Source of the DNA: an uncultured delta proteobacterium
GTDB lineage: Bacteria; Desulfobacterota; Syntrophia; Syntrophales; UBA5619
NCBI GenBank assembly: GCA_963817385.1
Contig: CAWFOM010000025.1
Location: forward strand, 32,001 to 96,000
Length of the DNA: 64,000 bases
Direction: 5' to 3'
Shown here: positions 20,658-32,300 of the stretch, in pieces
Numbering within the stretch: position 1 is the stretch's first letter
How the letters are laid out: each line of letters starts with the position of its first letter
Program-made: the position numbers and the translations under genes
The notes under the pieces: generated by a model
What the model saw: the letters and a program-made list of their open reading frames with translations, nothing else
The model's database searches: none
Told to the model about the DNA's origin: nothing

Positions 20658-21894
20658 TCATCCTCCGCCCTCCAGGCGGTAGAGGGTCTCTCCGGCGTGA
20701 TCGACGTACAGGATCCCCTCCTCCTCTTTGTCCATGTAGTCGGCAAGCCGGATCGAAGCTGGGTCCATGTAGCCAAGGTTGATCCGCCGGCATGTTTCCG
20801 CGGGGATCGCGGTGGCCAGGATGACGTCCACAAGAGGTTTCTCGATGCCGTTTTCGTAACTGCCCCCTCCTCGGACATGGGTCGAATGGGCCAGGACGCC
20901 CCGCGGGATCCCCGTGAAACGCTCCGGCCGGGCGAGGAAGTAGTCCCGGACGTGGTAGCCGATCTTTTCGATCTCGCTTCCCCAGGCGCCGGAAATGCGG
21001 CGGACATGCGGGGCGTAGATGATGAGTTTGCCGCCGTCGGTGACGACCTGTTCCAGCTTGTACATCACCTTTCCCGCGGTCCAGATCTCGTCGTACATCT
21101 CCGGCGTCCGGCCCAGAACGATCCGGTAAGGTTTTTTCCTGGTGACGATGTGGAGCGTTGCCGACAGATCCGCGGCGGCGGACCAGGCTTCCCGGACATC
21201 GCCGGTGAACAGGCCTCGCAGCCCCGTCTCCCCATCCACCACCATCGCGAGGCAGTGAACGGGCGTGGCGATTGACTCCATCGCCCGGTCGATCACCCGC
21301 CGCACCGCGGTATCCTTTTTGCCGATGATCTCCCGGCAGGTGATCAGCGCCCCCAGCCAGTGGAAGAAATGGAGGAAAGCGCCGCCGGAGACGCCGGGAA
21401 AGAGGTACTTCGCGCCCCCGGAAAATCCGACGACCTCATGGGGGAAGACCGGCCCCAGGATAATGATCAGGTCGTATTCGATAGATCTTTTTGTTGATGT
21501 CGATCGGCACCCGCTCCCGGAGAAGACCGCCGGAAATCGTTCGCCACCTCGTCCTCGGTGAGCTCTCCGATCCGTTGAAAAGTCTCCGGCAGGTCCCAGC
21601 GGTGGCAGAAGAAGGCCGACCGGCCGGGCAGCTCCTCCCGGGTTTGAGGGGTTATCCCGTAGAGATCCAGGATCTGCCGGTCCGTCATGAACGGGATGGG
21701 TTCCCAGGGCCACCATGAAATCGAGCCGGGCGGCCCGCCCGCCGATCACCTCCCGCACGGACGCGGACCATCATCGGCAGCGGGCAGGTTCGCGTCCCGT
21801 CCGGTGTCAGGACCAGGACCCGTTTGTTTTCATACAGCCCTGCGGGCGTTCCGGTCTCTATGATCTCTTTGACCTTCGCTTCTGAAAGGGTCAT
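20658..21894 (-). pseudogene. LarA (lactate racemase superfamily) nickel-pincer enzyme, about four frameshifts (pseudogene or sequence error)
   Basis: PDGTRT, ALGTH, HRWD, PHEVVGFSGGAK motifs spread over three frames (shifts near 21760, 21690, 21540, 21485). Confidence 0.8.
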
Positions 21895-21980
21895 AGGCGA
21901 TACATCTCTTCAGGCTCGGCGATCGTTTTGATGCGCATACAAGAATTCGGTTCCTCTCGACGATAGGTGACGCTGGTTGC

Positions 21981-22034
21981 CTAATTCTGTTCCAGCGCCT
22001 CGCGACGCTCGATGTATTGCTCTTTCGTTCTCAT
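21981..22034 (-). pseudogene. 5' stub resembling the 4-hydroxybutyryl-CoA dehydratase/HpaB family N-terminus
   Basis: GAGGTG RBS then MRTKEQYIER, stop after 17 codons, directly downstream of dctM. Confidence 0.4.
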
Positions 22035-22057
22035 GTTCGTTTCACCTCTGAGGTCTT

Positions 22058-23371
22058 TTACCTCGTTATCAATGATGGCAGCCAAAGGGCGATCTCCGGG
22101 AAAATTATGACGATAATAAGCCCGATACCCTGAAGAATCACGAACGGTACGATAGATCGGTAGATATCGCTCATTGTTATTCCGGGCGGAACTATGGCCT
22201 TCATATAAAACAGGTTGAACCCAAAAGGAGGGGTCAGGTACCCCATCTCCATGTTCATGATGAAAAGAACGCCGAACCAGAGGGGATCAAATCCCAGGGC
22301 CGTGATTACCGGGACAAAGACGGGGGTGCAGATCATGATGATGCCCACAGGGTCCAGGATACATCCCAGGATGAAAAAGATTATCTGCATGGTGATCAGG
22401 ATGGCCCAGCGCCCTCCGGGAATGGACATCATAATATGTTCCATCAGGACATGCGCCCCGGTACCGGTGTAAACAGCCGTGAAACCGTAAGCCCCGATGA
22501 GGATCCAGATGATCAGGGCCGTAAGGGCGGCGGTCCGGAAACAGGACTCTTTGATCAAAGTCCAGTTCAGTTTACGATAGACAGCCGCCGAAATGATCGC
22601 CCCTACGCATCCCAGGGCGGAGGCCTCGGTGGCCGTGCAAACTCCCGCATAAATCGATCCCAGAACCATGATGATAATCATAATCGGCAGCAGCACCGCC
22701 CTGAGGGATATAAATTTCTCCCGCCAGGATACCCTTTCTTCCACGGGAAGGGGAGGCCCCAGGTTAGGCTGGAAGTGACAGCGGACGCCGATGTAAAGGA
22801 TGAAGAGAGCGGCGAGCAGAAGACCGGGCAATATTCCGCCGGCGAACAGCCCCCCGATGGACACGCCGGTCAGGGTCGCGTAAAGAATCATGGGCACGCT
22901 GGGAGGAATCAGTATCCCCAGCGCCCCTCCGCCGGAGATGCAACCCATGGCAATTGTTTTATCATAGCCCCGGCTGAGCATGGCCGGAAGGGCAATGATC
23001 CCCATGGATACGGTTGCCGCCCCGCTGATCCCGGCCATAGCGGCGAATATGGTGCAGATGATCACCGTGCCGATGGCCAACCCGCCCGGTACAGGGCCCA
23101 TCCAGCGGTGCATCAGGGTGTAAAGGTCATCGGCCACTCCCGCTCGTTCTAAAATCATCGACATAAAGATAAAGAGAGGAATGGCCAGCAAGGTAAATTT
23201 CCCCATGGATGCATAGGCTTGGGTTACGATCAGGTAAAGGCCCCGGTCTCCCCAGAGAAGATACGAACCTACCACCCCTACGCCTCCCAGAACAAAAGCC
23301 AGGGGAAGGCCCAAAGCCAGGAACAGGAGGAGGGCTCCGAAGAGCAGAACAGTGATTAATTCAATGCTCAT
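22058..23371 (-). CDS. dctM: TRAP transporter large permease
   Basis: LLAIPLFI, GALGILIPPS, TATEA, LTPPFG motifs. Confidence 0.93.
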   Translation of the reverse strand: MSIELITVLLFGALLLFLALGLPLAFVLGGVGVVGSYLLWGDRGLYLIVTQAYASMGKFTLLAIPLFIFMSMILERAGVADDLYTLMHRWMGPVPGGLAIGTVIICTIFAAMAGISGAATVSMGIIALPAMLSRGYDKTIAMGCISGGGALGILIPPSVPMILYATLTGVSIGGLFAGGILPGLLLAALFILYIGVRCHFQPNLGPPLPVEERVSWREKFISLRAVLLPIMIIIMVLGSIYAGVCTATEASALGCVGAIISAAVYRKLNWTLIKESCFRTAALTALIIWILIGAYGFTAVYTGTGAHVLMEHIMMSIPGGRWAILITMQIIFFILGCILDPVGIIMICTPVFVPVITALGFDPLWFGVLFIMNMEMGYLTPPFGFNLFYMKAIVPPGITMSDIYRSIVPFVILQGIGLIIVIIFPEIALWLPSLITR

Positions 23372-23875
23372 GGCGCATCCTCCTTGCCGGTAATGGCCAC
23401 TTTGATATCCCCGATATATTTGACCAGGCCCTGCAGCAGGAGGAGTAAAGCACCCAGCGGGATCAACATTTTAAGCGGATAGATGGGCGGGGCAAAAACG
23501 GTCGAATCAGTCTCCCGATACAACGAAAGAATCCCAGGCCATCTCCCCCCCTTTTACCAAAATCACTCCGCAAAAAGCGAAGAAGAGGAGCCAGGTGAAG
23601 AGATTGATAATTGCCCGAGTGCGGGGTTTGAAGCGCTGGTAAAGAATATCCACGTTCACATGTCCATTGCGCTGCTGGAGATACCCCCCCAGGAGAATGA
23701 CGTAGGCGCCATAGACCATCTGGGAAATTTCGTGAGCCCAGATGGTCGGGCTGTTGAAAAAATACCGGGCAACGATCTCATACACGATCACGCCGACGAG
23801 AACGAGAATCAAAAAGCTGACTGCTTTGCCGATCAGCTCATTCATCCGGTCGATCACCTTAAAAAACTTTTTCAT
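23368..23875 (-). CDS. dctQ: TRAP transporter small permease (frameshift near 23524)
   Basis: YEIVARYFFNSPTIWAHE, HVNVD; continues in another frame as RETDSTVFAPPIYPLK...KEDAP with stop overlapping the dctM ATG. Confidence 0.85.
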
Positions 23876-23932
23876 CAGTAACCTCCCTTGCAAAATGAAA
23901 GCGCGAAAGGATCGACTAATTTCAGGATCTGA

Positions 23933-24970
23933 TCAATCGATGTACTTAAGTTTTCTAAGGTAATCCTTCAGCATGCCGATGGCTTTGGCCGAATCGGCGT
24001 CTTTGGCCGCCACCTTATCCCACTCCTTCATTGCCGCCGCCATCATTTTTTTCTGGTCTGCGGGTTCCAGGGTGGATACCGTGACTTTATAATCCTTAAT
24101 CATGGTATCCAAAGCTTTACGCTCATCGCCCACATACTCTTCCGTCCGTTGATATACTCTATCCTTCAGTGCCTTATCGAGGATGGTCTGCAGATCCTTG
24201 GGCAGGGCATTAAAGGCATCCCTGTTGATGATGATCACATCGGTGCCGGCCATGGCCAGATCGGGCTGAATATAGTACTTGGCTACCTCGCAGAGTTTCA
24301 TGCTCAGCGCTCCGCCGGCCGCGCCCCAGTGCGCCCCATCGATGACGCCCGTTTGCAGGGCCAGATAAAGTTCCTCACCGGGAATCATGCTGGGGACGGC
24401 GCCCAGATCTTTCAGCATTTCGGCAATCGCCCCGGAAGAACGTACTTTATATCCTTTGAAATCCTCGATTTTACGGATCGGTCTTTTCCCGATCATCGCC
24501 GTGGGATAAATCTTCTCCGTGTAATAAAGCAGGTTGTGCTTGGCGTGAGCGTCTTTCAGCATCTGCTCGAAACCGAGGTTGAAATGAAAATACAACCCCT
24601 CCTTGGCATTGCGGAAAGTCATCGGACAGTTGGCCGCTACCGCAGCGATGGGAATAATGCTCATCCAGTAGATCGGGGCTGCCGTTGCTCCTTCAATTGT
24701 GCCTTTGCGGCAGACGGCGAATATATCCTTGGAGGGAGCCATGGCTCCGGCCGGATGGAGCGTTATCTGCAGCCGTCCATTGGTCAGCTTGTTCAGATTT
24801 TGATCGAAAAAATCTTTCAGCGGTTTGAAGGATGTGCTTCCTGCCGGCCAGTGAGACTGAAAATTCCATTTGTATACCTTTTGGTCTGCCGGTTGCTGGG
24901 CCATGGCGACGCCCGTCGAAAAAACCATCAAAAAACCGATTAAACAAACGCAAAATAATCTGTTTTTCAT
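23933..24970 (-). CDS. dctP: TRAP transporter substrate-binding protein
   Basis: Signal peptide, TNGRLQI, EDFKGYKVR, ELYLALQTGVIDG. Confidence 0.92.
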   Translation of the reverse strand: MKNRLFCVCLIGFLMVFSTGVAMAQQPADQKVYKWNFQSHWPAGSTSFKPLKDFFDQNLNKLTNGRLQITLHPAGAMAPSKDIFAVCRKGTIEGATAAPIYWMSIIPIAAVAANCPMTFRNAKEGLYFHFNLGFEQMLKDAHAKHNLLYYTEKIYPTAMIGKRPIRKIEDFKGYKVRSSGAIAEMLKDLGAVPSMIPGEELYLALQTGVIDGAHWGAAGGALSMKLCEVAKYYIQPDLAMAGTDVIIINRDAFNALPKDLQTILDKALKDRVYQRTEEYVGDERKALDTMIKDYKVTVSTLEPADQKKMMAAAMKEWDKVAAKDADSAKAIGMLKDYLRKLKYID

Positions 24971-24984
24971 TTTGAAGCCTCCTT

Positions 24985-26606
24985 TTACGTTAGAGTTTTG
25001 GAAATTTTTCTCAGTTCTCTCCGTAATATTTTACCTACCGCGCTCTTTGGCAATGAATCCATAAGCTGAATCGATTTCGGTCTTTTATAGGTGGGTAAAT
25101 TCTCCTCGCAAAAATCCATTAGATGCTCTTCAGTGGCTGCCCTGCAGTTTTGAGGACAACAAACGCCTTTACCGCTTCACCATAAACAGGGTCGGGAATG
25201 CCGATAACTCCCGCTTCCAGCACTTGAGGATGCATATGGAGAACATTCTCTATTTCCTTTGGGTAAATATTCTCTCCTCCACGGATGATCAGGTCTTTCT
25301 TTCTATCCGTGATGTAAAGGTACCCATCATCGTCGGCATATCCTATATCACCGGTGTGAAGCCAGCCGTTCCTGAGCACTTCTGCTGTTTCACCGGGTTT
25401 ATTCCAGTAACCCTTCATAACTCCCGGCCCTTTGATTACGATCTCTCCCGCCTGGCCGGGCGGAAGCTCACAGTCTTTTTCGTCAAATATCTTGATCATA
25501 TTGCACTTCTGATAACACTTGCCGATGGAGCCGTATTTAGGCGGCCGTCTACACGCTAAGTTGCCACAGTTGACGGTGGTCGCTTCGCTTAGTCCATACC
25601 CTTCCCAGATATCCATGCCGTATCTCTCCCGCCAATTGCGGGCTACCTCCAAGGGCATAGGGGCGGAGCCGCAGATGCAGGTTTTCAGGGAACTCAAATC
25701 ATATGTGGAGGCAGCGGGATGGTTAAGCAGTTGAATGTACATGGTAGGCACAGCGCGAAATTCGGTGATTTTGAATTGCTCAATACACCTCATCGCTTCC
25801 TCTGTATCCCACCGGCTGATCAAGACCATTTTCCCTCCCGTTAGGAACTCCAGACTCAAAGCGAATACTCCGTACCCGTGGAACAAGGGAAGCGTTATCA
25901 ACGAGACGCGACTCCGGGTGACGCCAAATACCTCCGCTTTCCGATCAGCAATTTTATCCTGTCCGTCATCGCGCTTTTGAATTTTACCTTTCGCGGTAAC
26001 GCCCCAAGTGTCCAGTAAGACCAATTCATAATATCCGGTGACATGCGTATACCAGTTATAATGGGTGAGCATCACTCCTTTCGGATTTCCCGTCGTGCCT
26101 GCGGTATATATTATGACAGCGGTATCGTCGTTATCTGTTTCCTCTATGAGAAGCTTATCCGAACCGCGTTGAATAATTTCATCGTAAGATAAAACATCCT
26201 TCGGAACTGCATTTCCAATCAAGATTACATGCTTAAGATCCGTTGCCTCGCGGCGAGCCTCTCTTATGTTGTCGATATAATCTGCGCTGCTCACCAGAGC
26301 GGCGATACCCGCGTCCCGATAAATATAGGCAAGTTCGTGTATACGCAGTGAAGGATTCACCGGAACCAATATGGCCCCGATCTTAAAAACGGCGAAAAAT
26401 GTCTGCATGAGTTGAGGGCAGTTCAACAGTTGAACACCCACACGGTCTCCCTTTTTGACTCCCAGACTTTTTAGGGCATTCCCCAACCTGTTGGCAGTAC
26501 GGTTCATTTCAACATTGGTATGCCACCGCCCTTCAAAATTGACGAACTTGTATTCGCCAAATCGTTGGATGTTGTCATCTGCCAACCTCCCGATATTCAT
26601 CGCCAT
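24985..26606 (-). CDS. Long-chain acyl-CoA ligase (frameshift near 25140)
   Basis: [31 protein letters not shown]-terminus [20 protein letters not shown] lies in the next frame ending at 24985. Confidence 0.88.
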
Positions 26607-26649
26607 ATTTCCTTTCTCAAGGATACGGTTCGAGCTTCCTTATATGGAC

Positions 26650-28332
26650 CTACGTCTGCTTTTTTTCTTCTGCCGCTGCCGCGAATCCAATTTGAGACAG
26701 AAATTTTTCAACCTCTTTAACCCAAATGGATCTTCCCTCATAATCGGCAAACAAACTGTGGCCGTCCTTTTTGAAAGGAGGAAGGGCGATTAGCCTCGCC
26801 TGCCCGCCGTTCTTTCGGTACTGTTCATAGGCTCTCCCGGCGGTGGTCGGTGAGAAATAACTGTCATTTTCGGTGTAAAACCATAGGGAGGGGATTTGCG
26901 TCGTTTTCGCATAGATACCGAAGGTACTCGCCAGGTCGAATTCCCACATGGCGTTGCCGGTTTTCAAACCTCCGGCAAAATTGATGATTCCCTTAACGTC
27001 CGGATTGGCCATGCTGCCATAAGCCAGTGAGGCCAGGCCGCCGCCGGATTGTCCAACCAGAACAATGTTTTTTCCATCAACGTAGGGTTCCCTGCGCATG
27101 AAGTCAATTGTCGTCTGAATGTCCTTGGCGTCTTCCATACCGAAAGTGGTAATGTTCCCGTAGGCCGTATTCTTCTGCCCACCTGACTTGCCATACCCGC
27201 GCCGCATCGGAATGGCTACTACAAATCCGCGCTTTACGAATTCCTGACTCTGCAGGCAGTAACGGTGTCGTGATTTTACTTCCGATTCAAGGATTTTCTC
27301 AAAGGGGACACCATGACTGATAATCACCAATGGAAACGGACCGGGACCGTCAGGTTTATAGACGGTCGTCTGCAGTCGTCCCTCTCCCCCGTCACCCTGC
27401 CCGGGAATCAAAATCACCTTTTCATTCAGGAAAGAACGTTCATTTGCTGCGATGGGCGGCGAAAGCCTCTTCCCATCGATCCAGTCGCTGATGGTTGCTG
27501 CCGCTTTCACATCGAGGCCGAAGAGACCGTGCTTCGTGCGTGAGTCGCAGGGATTATTGCTTTTGTCAGGTTCCCCGCCGGAAAACGGGAACAGGGTAAA
27601 AGAATATTTTTCGGCGATTTCGCTCGCCTCGATAGCGGGAGAGCTGTCGCAGTTGTCCTCCAGGTGATGAATCATCAGAACCGGTGTTTTGACGGCTGAA
27701 TGGTCATAGGCATGCAACTGGCTGGTATCCGCCCCGGCTAAAATGACGCCGTCTAAATCCTTGCCGAGGTTTCCGGCAGCAAATAGAGCGGAAACACCGC
27801 CGCTTCCGCTGGACGCAAAGTAGATTTTGCTTTTCGGATACCGTGTCCTCAGATCTTTCAGCACCGTCCCGAGGTCGGTGGCATGTTCCCGGCCCTTCCG
27901 GAAAGCGACGTTCATCCCCTTGCTCCGGTCTGAAGGAACATCGGGCATCGCCAGGCCGATCGAGCGCTCATGAAGCATGGCCGTGCTGCGAATGAATAAA
28001 TTATATTGGAGATCATGCCTGATTTTTCCGTCCTGGGTTTTCAAATTGAGCACCCCGTTGCCTCCCGGGATGACGAGCAAGACTGCCTTGGGCTCGCCAT
28101 TCGCGGGCGTATCGAGAAAATAGGAAAGAGTGACGTTCGGCCCCGCGCCCATCACATCGTACCGGCTGGTCAGCGTAACCAGCTCCTGTTTGGCCATGAT
28201 GGCATCCGGGAGCAAAACAAGAAACAGGGTCAACACAAAAACGGCGCAGATCTTCGAGCCTTCCACCGCGCCCCAGCCGCTTTCCTTCAGCTTTGGATCA
28301 ATCAAATTCATTCTGGTTTCCTCTTCGGTCAT
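26650..28332 (-). CDS. Tandem alpha/beta-hydrolase (dienelactone hydrolase-like C-domain) with an HsdR-like N-terminal peptide
   Basis: Domain 1 IPGGNG...PVLMIHH..D; domain 2 GPFPLVIISHG, GQSGGG, ENDSYF, GH; hydrophobic signal after residue ~28. Confidence 0.8.
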   Translation of the reverse strand: MTEEETRMNLIDPKLKESGWGAVEGSKICAVFVLTLFLVLLPDAIMAKQELVTLTSRYDVMGAGPNVTLSYFLDTPANGEPKAVLLVIPGGNGVLNLKTQDGKIRHDLQYNLFIRSTAMLHERSIGLAMPDVPSDRSKGMNVAFRKGREHATDLGTVLKDLRTRYPKSKIYFASSGSGGVSALFAAGNLGKDLDGVILAGADTSQLHAYDHSAVKTPVLMIHHLEDNCDSSPAIEASEIAEKYSFTLFPFSGGEPDKSNNPCDSRTKHGLFGLDVKAAATISDWIDGKRLSPPIAANERSFLNEKVILIPGQGDGGEGRLQTTVYKPDGPGPFPLVIISHGVPFEKILESEVKSRHRYCLQSQEFVKRGFVVAIPMRRGYGKSGGQKNTAYGNITTFGMEDAKDIQTTIDFMRREPYVDGKNIVLVGQSGGGLASLAYGSMANPDVKGIINFAGGLKTGNAMWEFDLASTFGIYAKTTQIPSLWFYTENDSYFSPTTAGRAYEQYRKNGGQARLIALPPFKKDGHSLFADYEGRSIWVKEVEKFLSQIGFAAAAEEKKQT

Positions 28333-28441
28333 GGGTTGTAATCTCCGATTTTCCAAACGCCTTTTTCCCGGAAAGCCGGAATCGTCTGTCTGCGGGCGGC
28401 GTTAAGAGTCCTCCGGCCTGCGATTGATAGTGCTATGGAGC

Positions 28442-29173
28442 CTATCCGGCGGAGAGCTTCTGTGACGCCGCCTTGCCGTGCGGGCAGGCCCAGAGGCACA
28501 TGCCGCACTCGTTCACCCCTTTCGCTTCGCGGCACTGCGCACGGTACTCTTTGCATTTCTGCGTGTCGAACCGCAGGTCGCGGTGCTCGTCCTCGCGGAA
28601 GATTCTCCCGGTGAACGCCTGTGCAGGGCAGGCGTCCACGCATTCCCTGCAGTCGCCGCAGCGCGTGTCCATCGGCCGCCCGGTCACCGCAAGCGGTGCG
28701 TCGGTGAGCACCGTCGCCCAGCGGCAGCGGGGACCGTTTTCCGGTGTGACCAGGAGACAGCTCTTGCCGATCCACCCGAGGCCGGCCATGTGCGCCGCCA
28801 TCTTGTTCGAAAACACTCCGCTGTTGCGTACCGTGTTCACGGTCTGCGAGGCGGGCACCGGGTAGACCCGGTAACCCTGGTTCTGCAGCAGCTCCGCCAC
28901 CTTCGAGGCGATGCGGTCGAGCCGCTGGTTGATGACCGTGTAGCAGTGGTGGCTGTAGTTCTGGGCGTGTGCGGTATCTTCGAGGCGCCGCGGAAGCTGA
29001 TCGACGATCGGATGGAAGAGCTTGATGCCGATGGAAACGGCGCGGGGGAATGAAGCCACCAGATCCCCGCCCTGCTCGCGGATAGCCTCGCGGGCCGGTA
29101 CGATATCGGCGATGCCGAAGAAATCCACGCCCTCAGCGGTTGCGCATTCGCGTATGAGTGTGTCCATGTCCAT
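28442..29173 (-). CDS. QueG-like (epoxyqueuosine reductase-related) 4Fe-4S protein
   Basis: SNKMAAHMAGLGWIGK..LLVTP..GPR, CGDCRECVDACP, CGMCLWACP. Confidence 0.85.
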   Translation of the reverse strand: MDMDTLIRECATAEGVDFFGIADIVPAREAIREQGGDLVASFPRAVSIGIKLFHPIVDQLPRRLEDTAHAQNYSHHCYTVINQRLDRIASKVAELLQNQGYRVYPVPASQTVNTVRNSGVFSNKMAAHMAGLGWIGKSCLLVTPENGPRCRWATVLTDAPLAVTGRPMDTRCGDCRECVDACPAQAFTGRIFREDEHRDLRFDTQKCKEYRAQCREAKGVNECGMCLWACPHGKAASQKLSAG

Positions 29174-29197
29174 GAAAGTCTCCTCCTTATCTCTTTC

Positions 29198-29301
29198 CGC
29201 CGACGCCCATGGCCCGCATCCCCACCGCGCCGCAGGTGGACGGCCCGGGTGGTTCTCAACCTGGGAAAGTTCTTTCGCGTCCGGTCATGCATTCGTTGGC
29301 G
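29198..29301 (-). mobile_element. Degenerate attC-like site downstream of the Avs-like gene
   Basis: Minus strand CGCCAAC-GAATG-CATGACCGGACGC ... GCGGGCCATG-GGC-GTCGGCG; core GTT appears as GTC. Confidence 0.45.
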
Positions 29302-29313
29302 TCAACTCTCTCC

Positions 29314-32300
29314 TTATGGAATGCCGATCTTGCCTATTTCTGTCCTTTCTGGTCCTGTTGTTACCCAGAACGCCGTGGCTACTCCATCAAGACGACCCTC
29401 TTTTATCCTCATGCATCCGCTGAGTTCCATCCGGCCTGGCCAATTCTCATCTCTCTGCCATCCACCTCGGATGTCTTTTTCACCGAGAAGCGTCCATACA
29501 AGCCGGTACCCTTTGGTCTCCAGGAATGCGGACATGCATTCTTTATCCATCAGAAAGGCCCGTGGACCAGGATTTCTGATAGAAGGATCTTGGGTCACCA
29601 GGTCTCCTGCGGCGTTGAAAAAGCACCCATCGACCCCACGCCACGACAACTGCATATTGTTCGTAATCCATTTGGCTGGCAGATACATTGAGATCGTCTC
29701 GTCAATCGAACAGTCGTAGCCCGATCGCTCCTGCATGTATTGATCAGTAGTTACGAGAACGTCGCACGGCAGAGGAGGATCCGCGTGTCCTCTTGTCCAG
29801 CCATCGCGGCTGTAGTAAGAATCATCAAAGTACTTGAAGGCAGGAGCCCAAAAGAACTCACCCAAACAGATACTCGTCTGTTCGCTAGACTCTGGCATCC
29901 TACTTCCCATGAAGTGCTGCTCGTTAGCCCAGTCATAGAATCGTGCTTCGTCCTCGGCTTTCACCAAATAACTCTTGAGCATGTACCAGATATTGCGCCG
30001 ACTAATGTTGAACCTGTCCTTCTCGGGTGGCGTAGGCTCCTCCCAGTCGTAGAAGCACTCGAGGACGAGCCACTCCCTGCCAGTATGCGGATCAGTCACC
30101 ACCGGCAACGGAGTAATCGTAGGCAGGAGGTCAATCCGTTTTCGCCACTGGACTTCATCCGGTTCTGTTGCCCAGTCGTCAAAAAGAACTGGCGCCCACC
30201 ATGCGGAAACATTGGGTTCCCATTCACTGCGGCGAGTGGCCTTTAGCAAACATGAGGGATCAATGTCGCGACGCCCCAACTGCCAGGGGCCAACATAGAC
30301 ATTAGACTTCTCGGACCAAATGTTCTCTCGGAACTCCAGATTGTCCGCCATATGCGCGAGGAACTCGTGGTATGCAATCCATTGGTACTTCTTGCCGATT
30401 CGTTCCGGCTTGTAGGCAGAACGGCCAGTGTCTCTATATCGTTCACGGTATCTGTCAAACCTGCCGAAGCGTTCAACAGTCCACCCGAGATCAATCACGC
30501 GCTTAAAAATCCATCTCTGGGCAATACTGACGGGAAGAGCGAACTCGTCTTGCTCTGCTGGCGAAGCATCTAGGTATGGGAGAACCGTTGTACAGAACAC
30601 GAAGGTCTTCTTTTTGCCCAAAGTTTTTCGGAATATGCCCTCCGCTTGATGCAGTGCTGCTGCCAATTCATCATCAGTGAATTTCCGATTGAACATCTCT
30701 CTCCTATTAGCTGCGTCTAACCGATGGTAGAGCTCCACGATGTGCTTGATTTTCAGATAGGAATCCCATGCCTTCCTCTGACGTTCAGCGAGTGAGTCCT
30801 CAAAAGCATCATATTGTTCCTTCCGGGATGGTATGCGTGGCTCGTTGAGACGGCGTGCTGACCAGTGAAGCTTGCCCCTGTCTGAACCCAGGATATATCG
30901 AGCAAAGTCTTCCGAGCCCATTACGGAATTATAAATTGAATGAAGCGCCCATTCCTCGTCAGGCATTCCCTGACTCCATTCACCATACTTCTCTATCTCC
31001 TCTTTTGGAGGAATGTCCAGGGGCCATTTGCTAATATATGGAGGTCTGACCTTCTCTGGCTGTACGTCCGTAAGATTCACACTATCGCGCAGCGCAACTT
31101 CGACGACACCTCTCGCATAGTCGCGTAGAAGAATGTGGCACGGGGGCGAATCATCTTTGAATACAAGTTCGTATACAATCTTGCCCAGTTGGCGCTTCGC
31201 CTCAGAATTATTGCTCCGGAGAGCACATCCATAGGCAACGGCGTAGAGCCGTTCCAGTACGTAAGGATCGTTAACCTTAACAAACTCGGGAATCACTTGA
31301 CACAAGACATGCATGCGATCAACGAAAAGCGATACTAGTGCTTTTGTTGCCCGGTCTCGTAGAAAACGATGGGAGGTCGTAAGAAACCAGACCAACACCT
31401 TTCCTACAAGACGAATGGATTCGTCGGAAAGGTGGGACTTAGCGATTTCGGACCATGCCCAGTCAATTAGGCGGTCTACAGACCCCTTCTCTCCATATTC
31501 ATCATAGAGAAAGATAGACCACTGGACATCGCGGTCAGGTAATTCGAGACTCATCAGGTGGCTGTGCAAAAAATCTGCGTTAAACGGGTGTTCAGGATTT
31601 GGTGAGATTGTTAGGAACGCGTTTAGTAACTTGCGTTCAAGATCTTGTTCACCAATAATATGCTCATTGATGTAAGGTAAGCATCTATCAGAGACGGTTT
31701 TAGGGTCCCGCCATAGCAAACTCTCGATGAACGCCTCACATATCGGATGTGCGTCTTGGGTAGCGGGGATGAGCTCGAAGATTTCCATGCCGAGTATCTC
31801 TGGTCCCTGAATCGCGAGCGCCTCGGCTAAGCCACGGTTTTGCCAACAGGCCATTTCGTCCGCGAAACATTCACCAAGGGGCATGCCTCGGTCAAATGAT
31901 GCAGTTGGATTGTCTCTGTCAACGTGCTTATCGAGGAGTTCTCGCATGACTAGATGATCCGCCAGACGCTCGTATGAGAAAGTGATCATCTCCTGATGCT
32001 GAGCACTATCGGCGTTACAAACAGTTTCGGTTAGAACCCCCTCTGAAAGTAGATGACGGAAGAGAGAGTTTTCGAAGCTGCGGTCGGGCAGAAGCTCGTC
32101 ACAGATCACGCGTGCTTCCTCGCGTGGGATTGCATGACTGGCCCTCTCAGATATCAGCTCAGCGATCTTCTGGGTGGCTTGGCTGACAAGACGAGACTTC
32201 TCATCGTAGTCCAAGAATGTAGGCCTCGCCAACTTCTCGTTCACCGAAGACAGAAAAAAATCAAATACTGAGGATATTCCCCGTATCCCTGTTGGAATCC

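Noticed and set aside
20658..21894. Programmed ribosomal frameshifting in split genes
   Set aside because: No slippery heptamer/stimulator pattern; many unrelated genes affected, favouring sequence error.
28340..28410. Possible attC after the QueG-like gene (TCTTAAC...GTTTGGA)
   Set aside because: Core sites pair poorly and no L-box pairing is visible.
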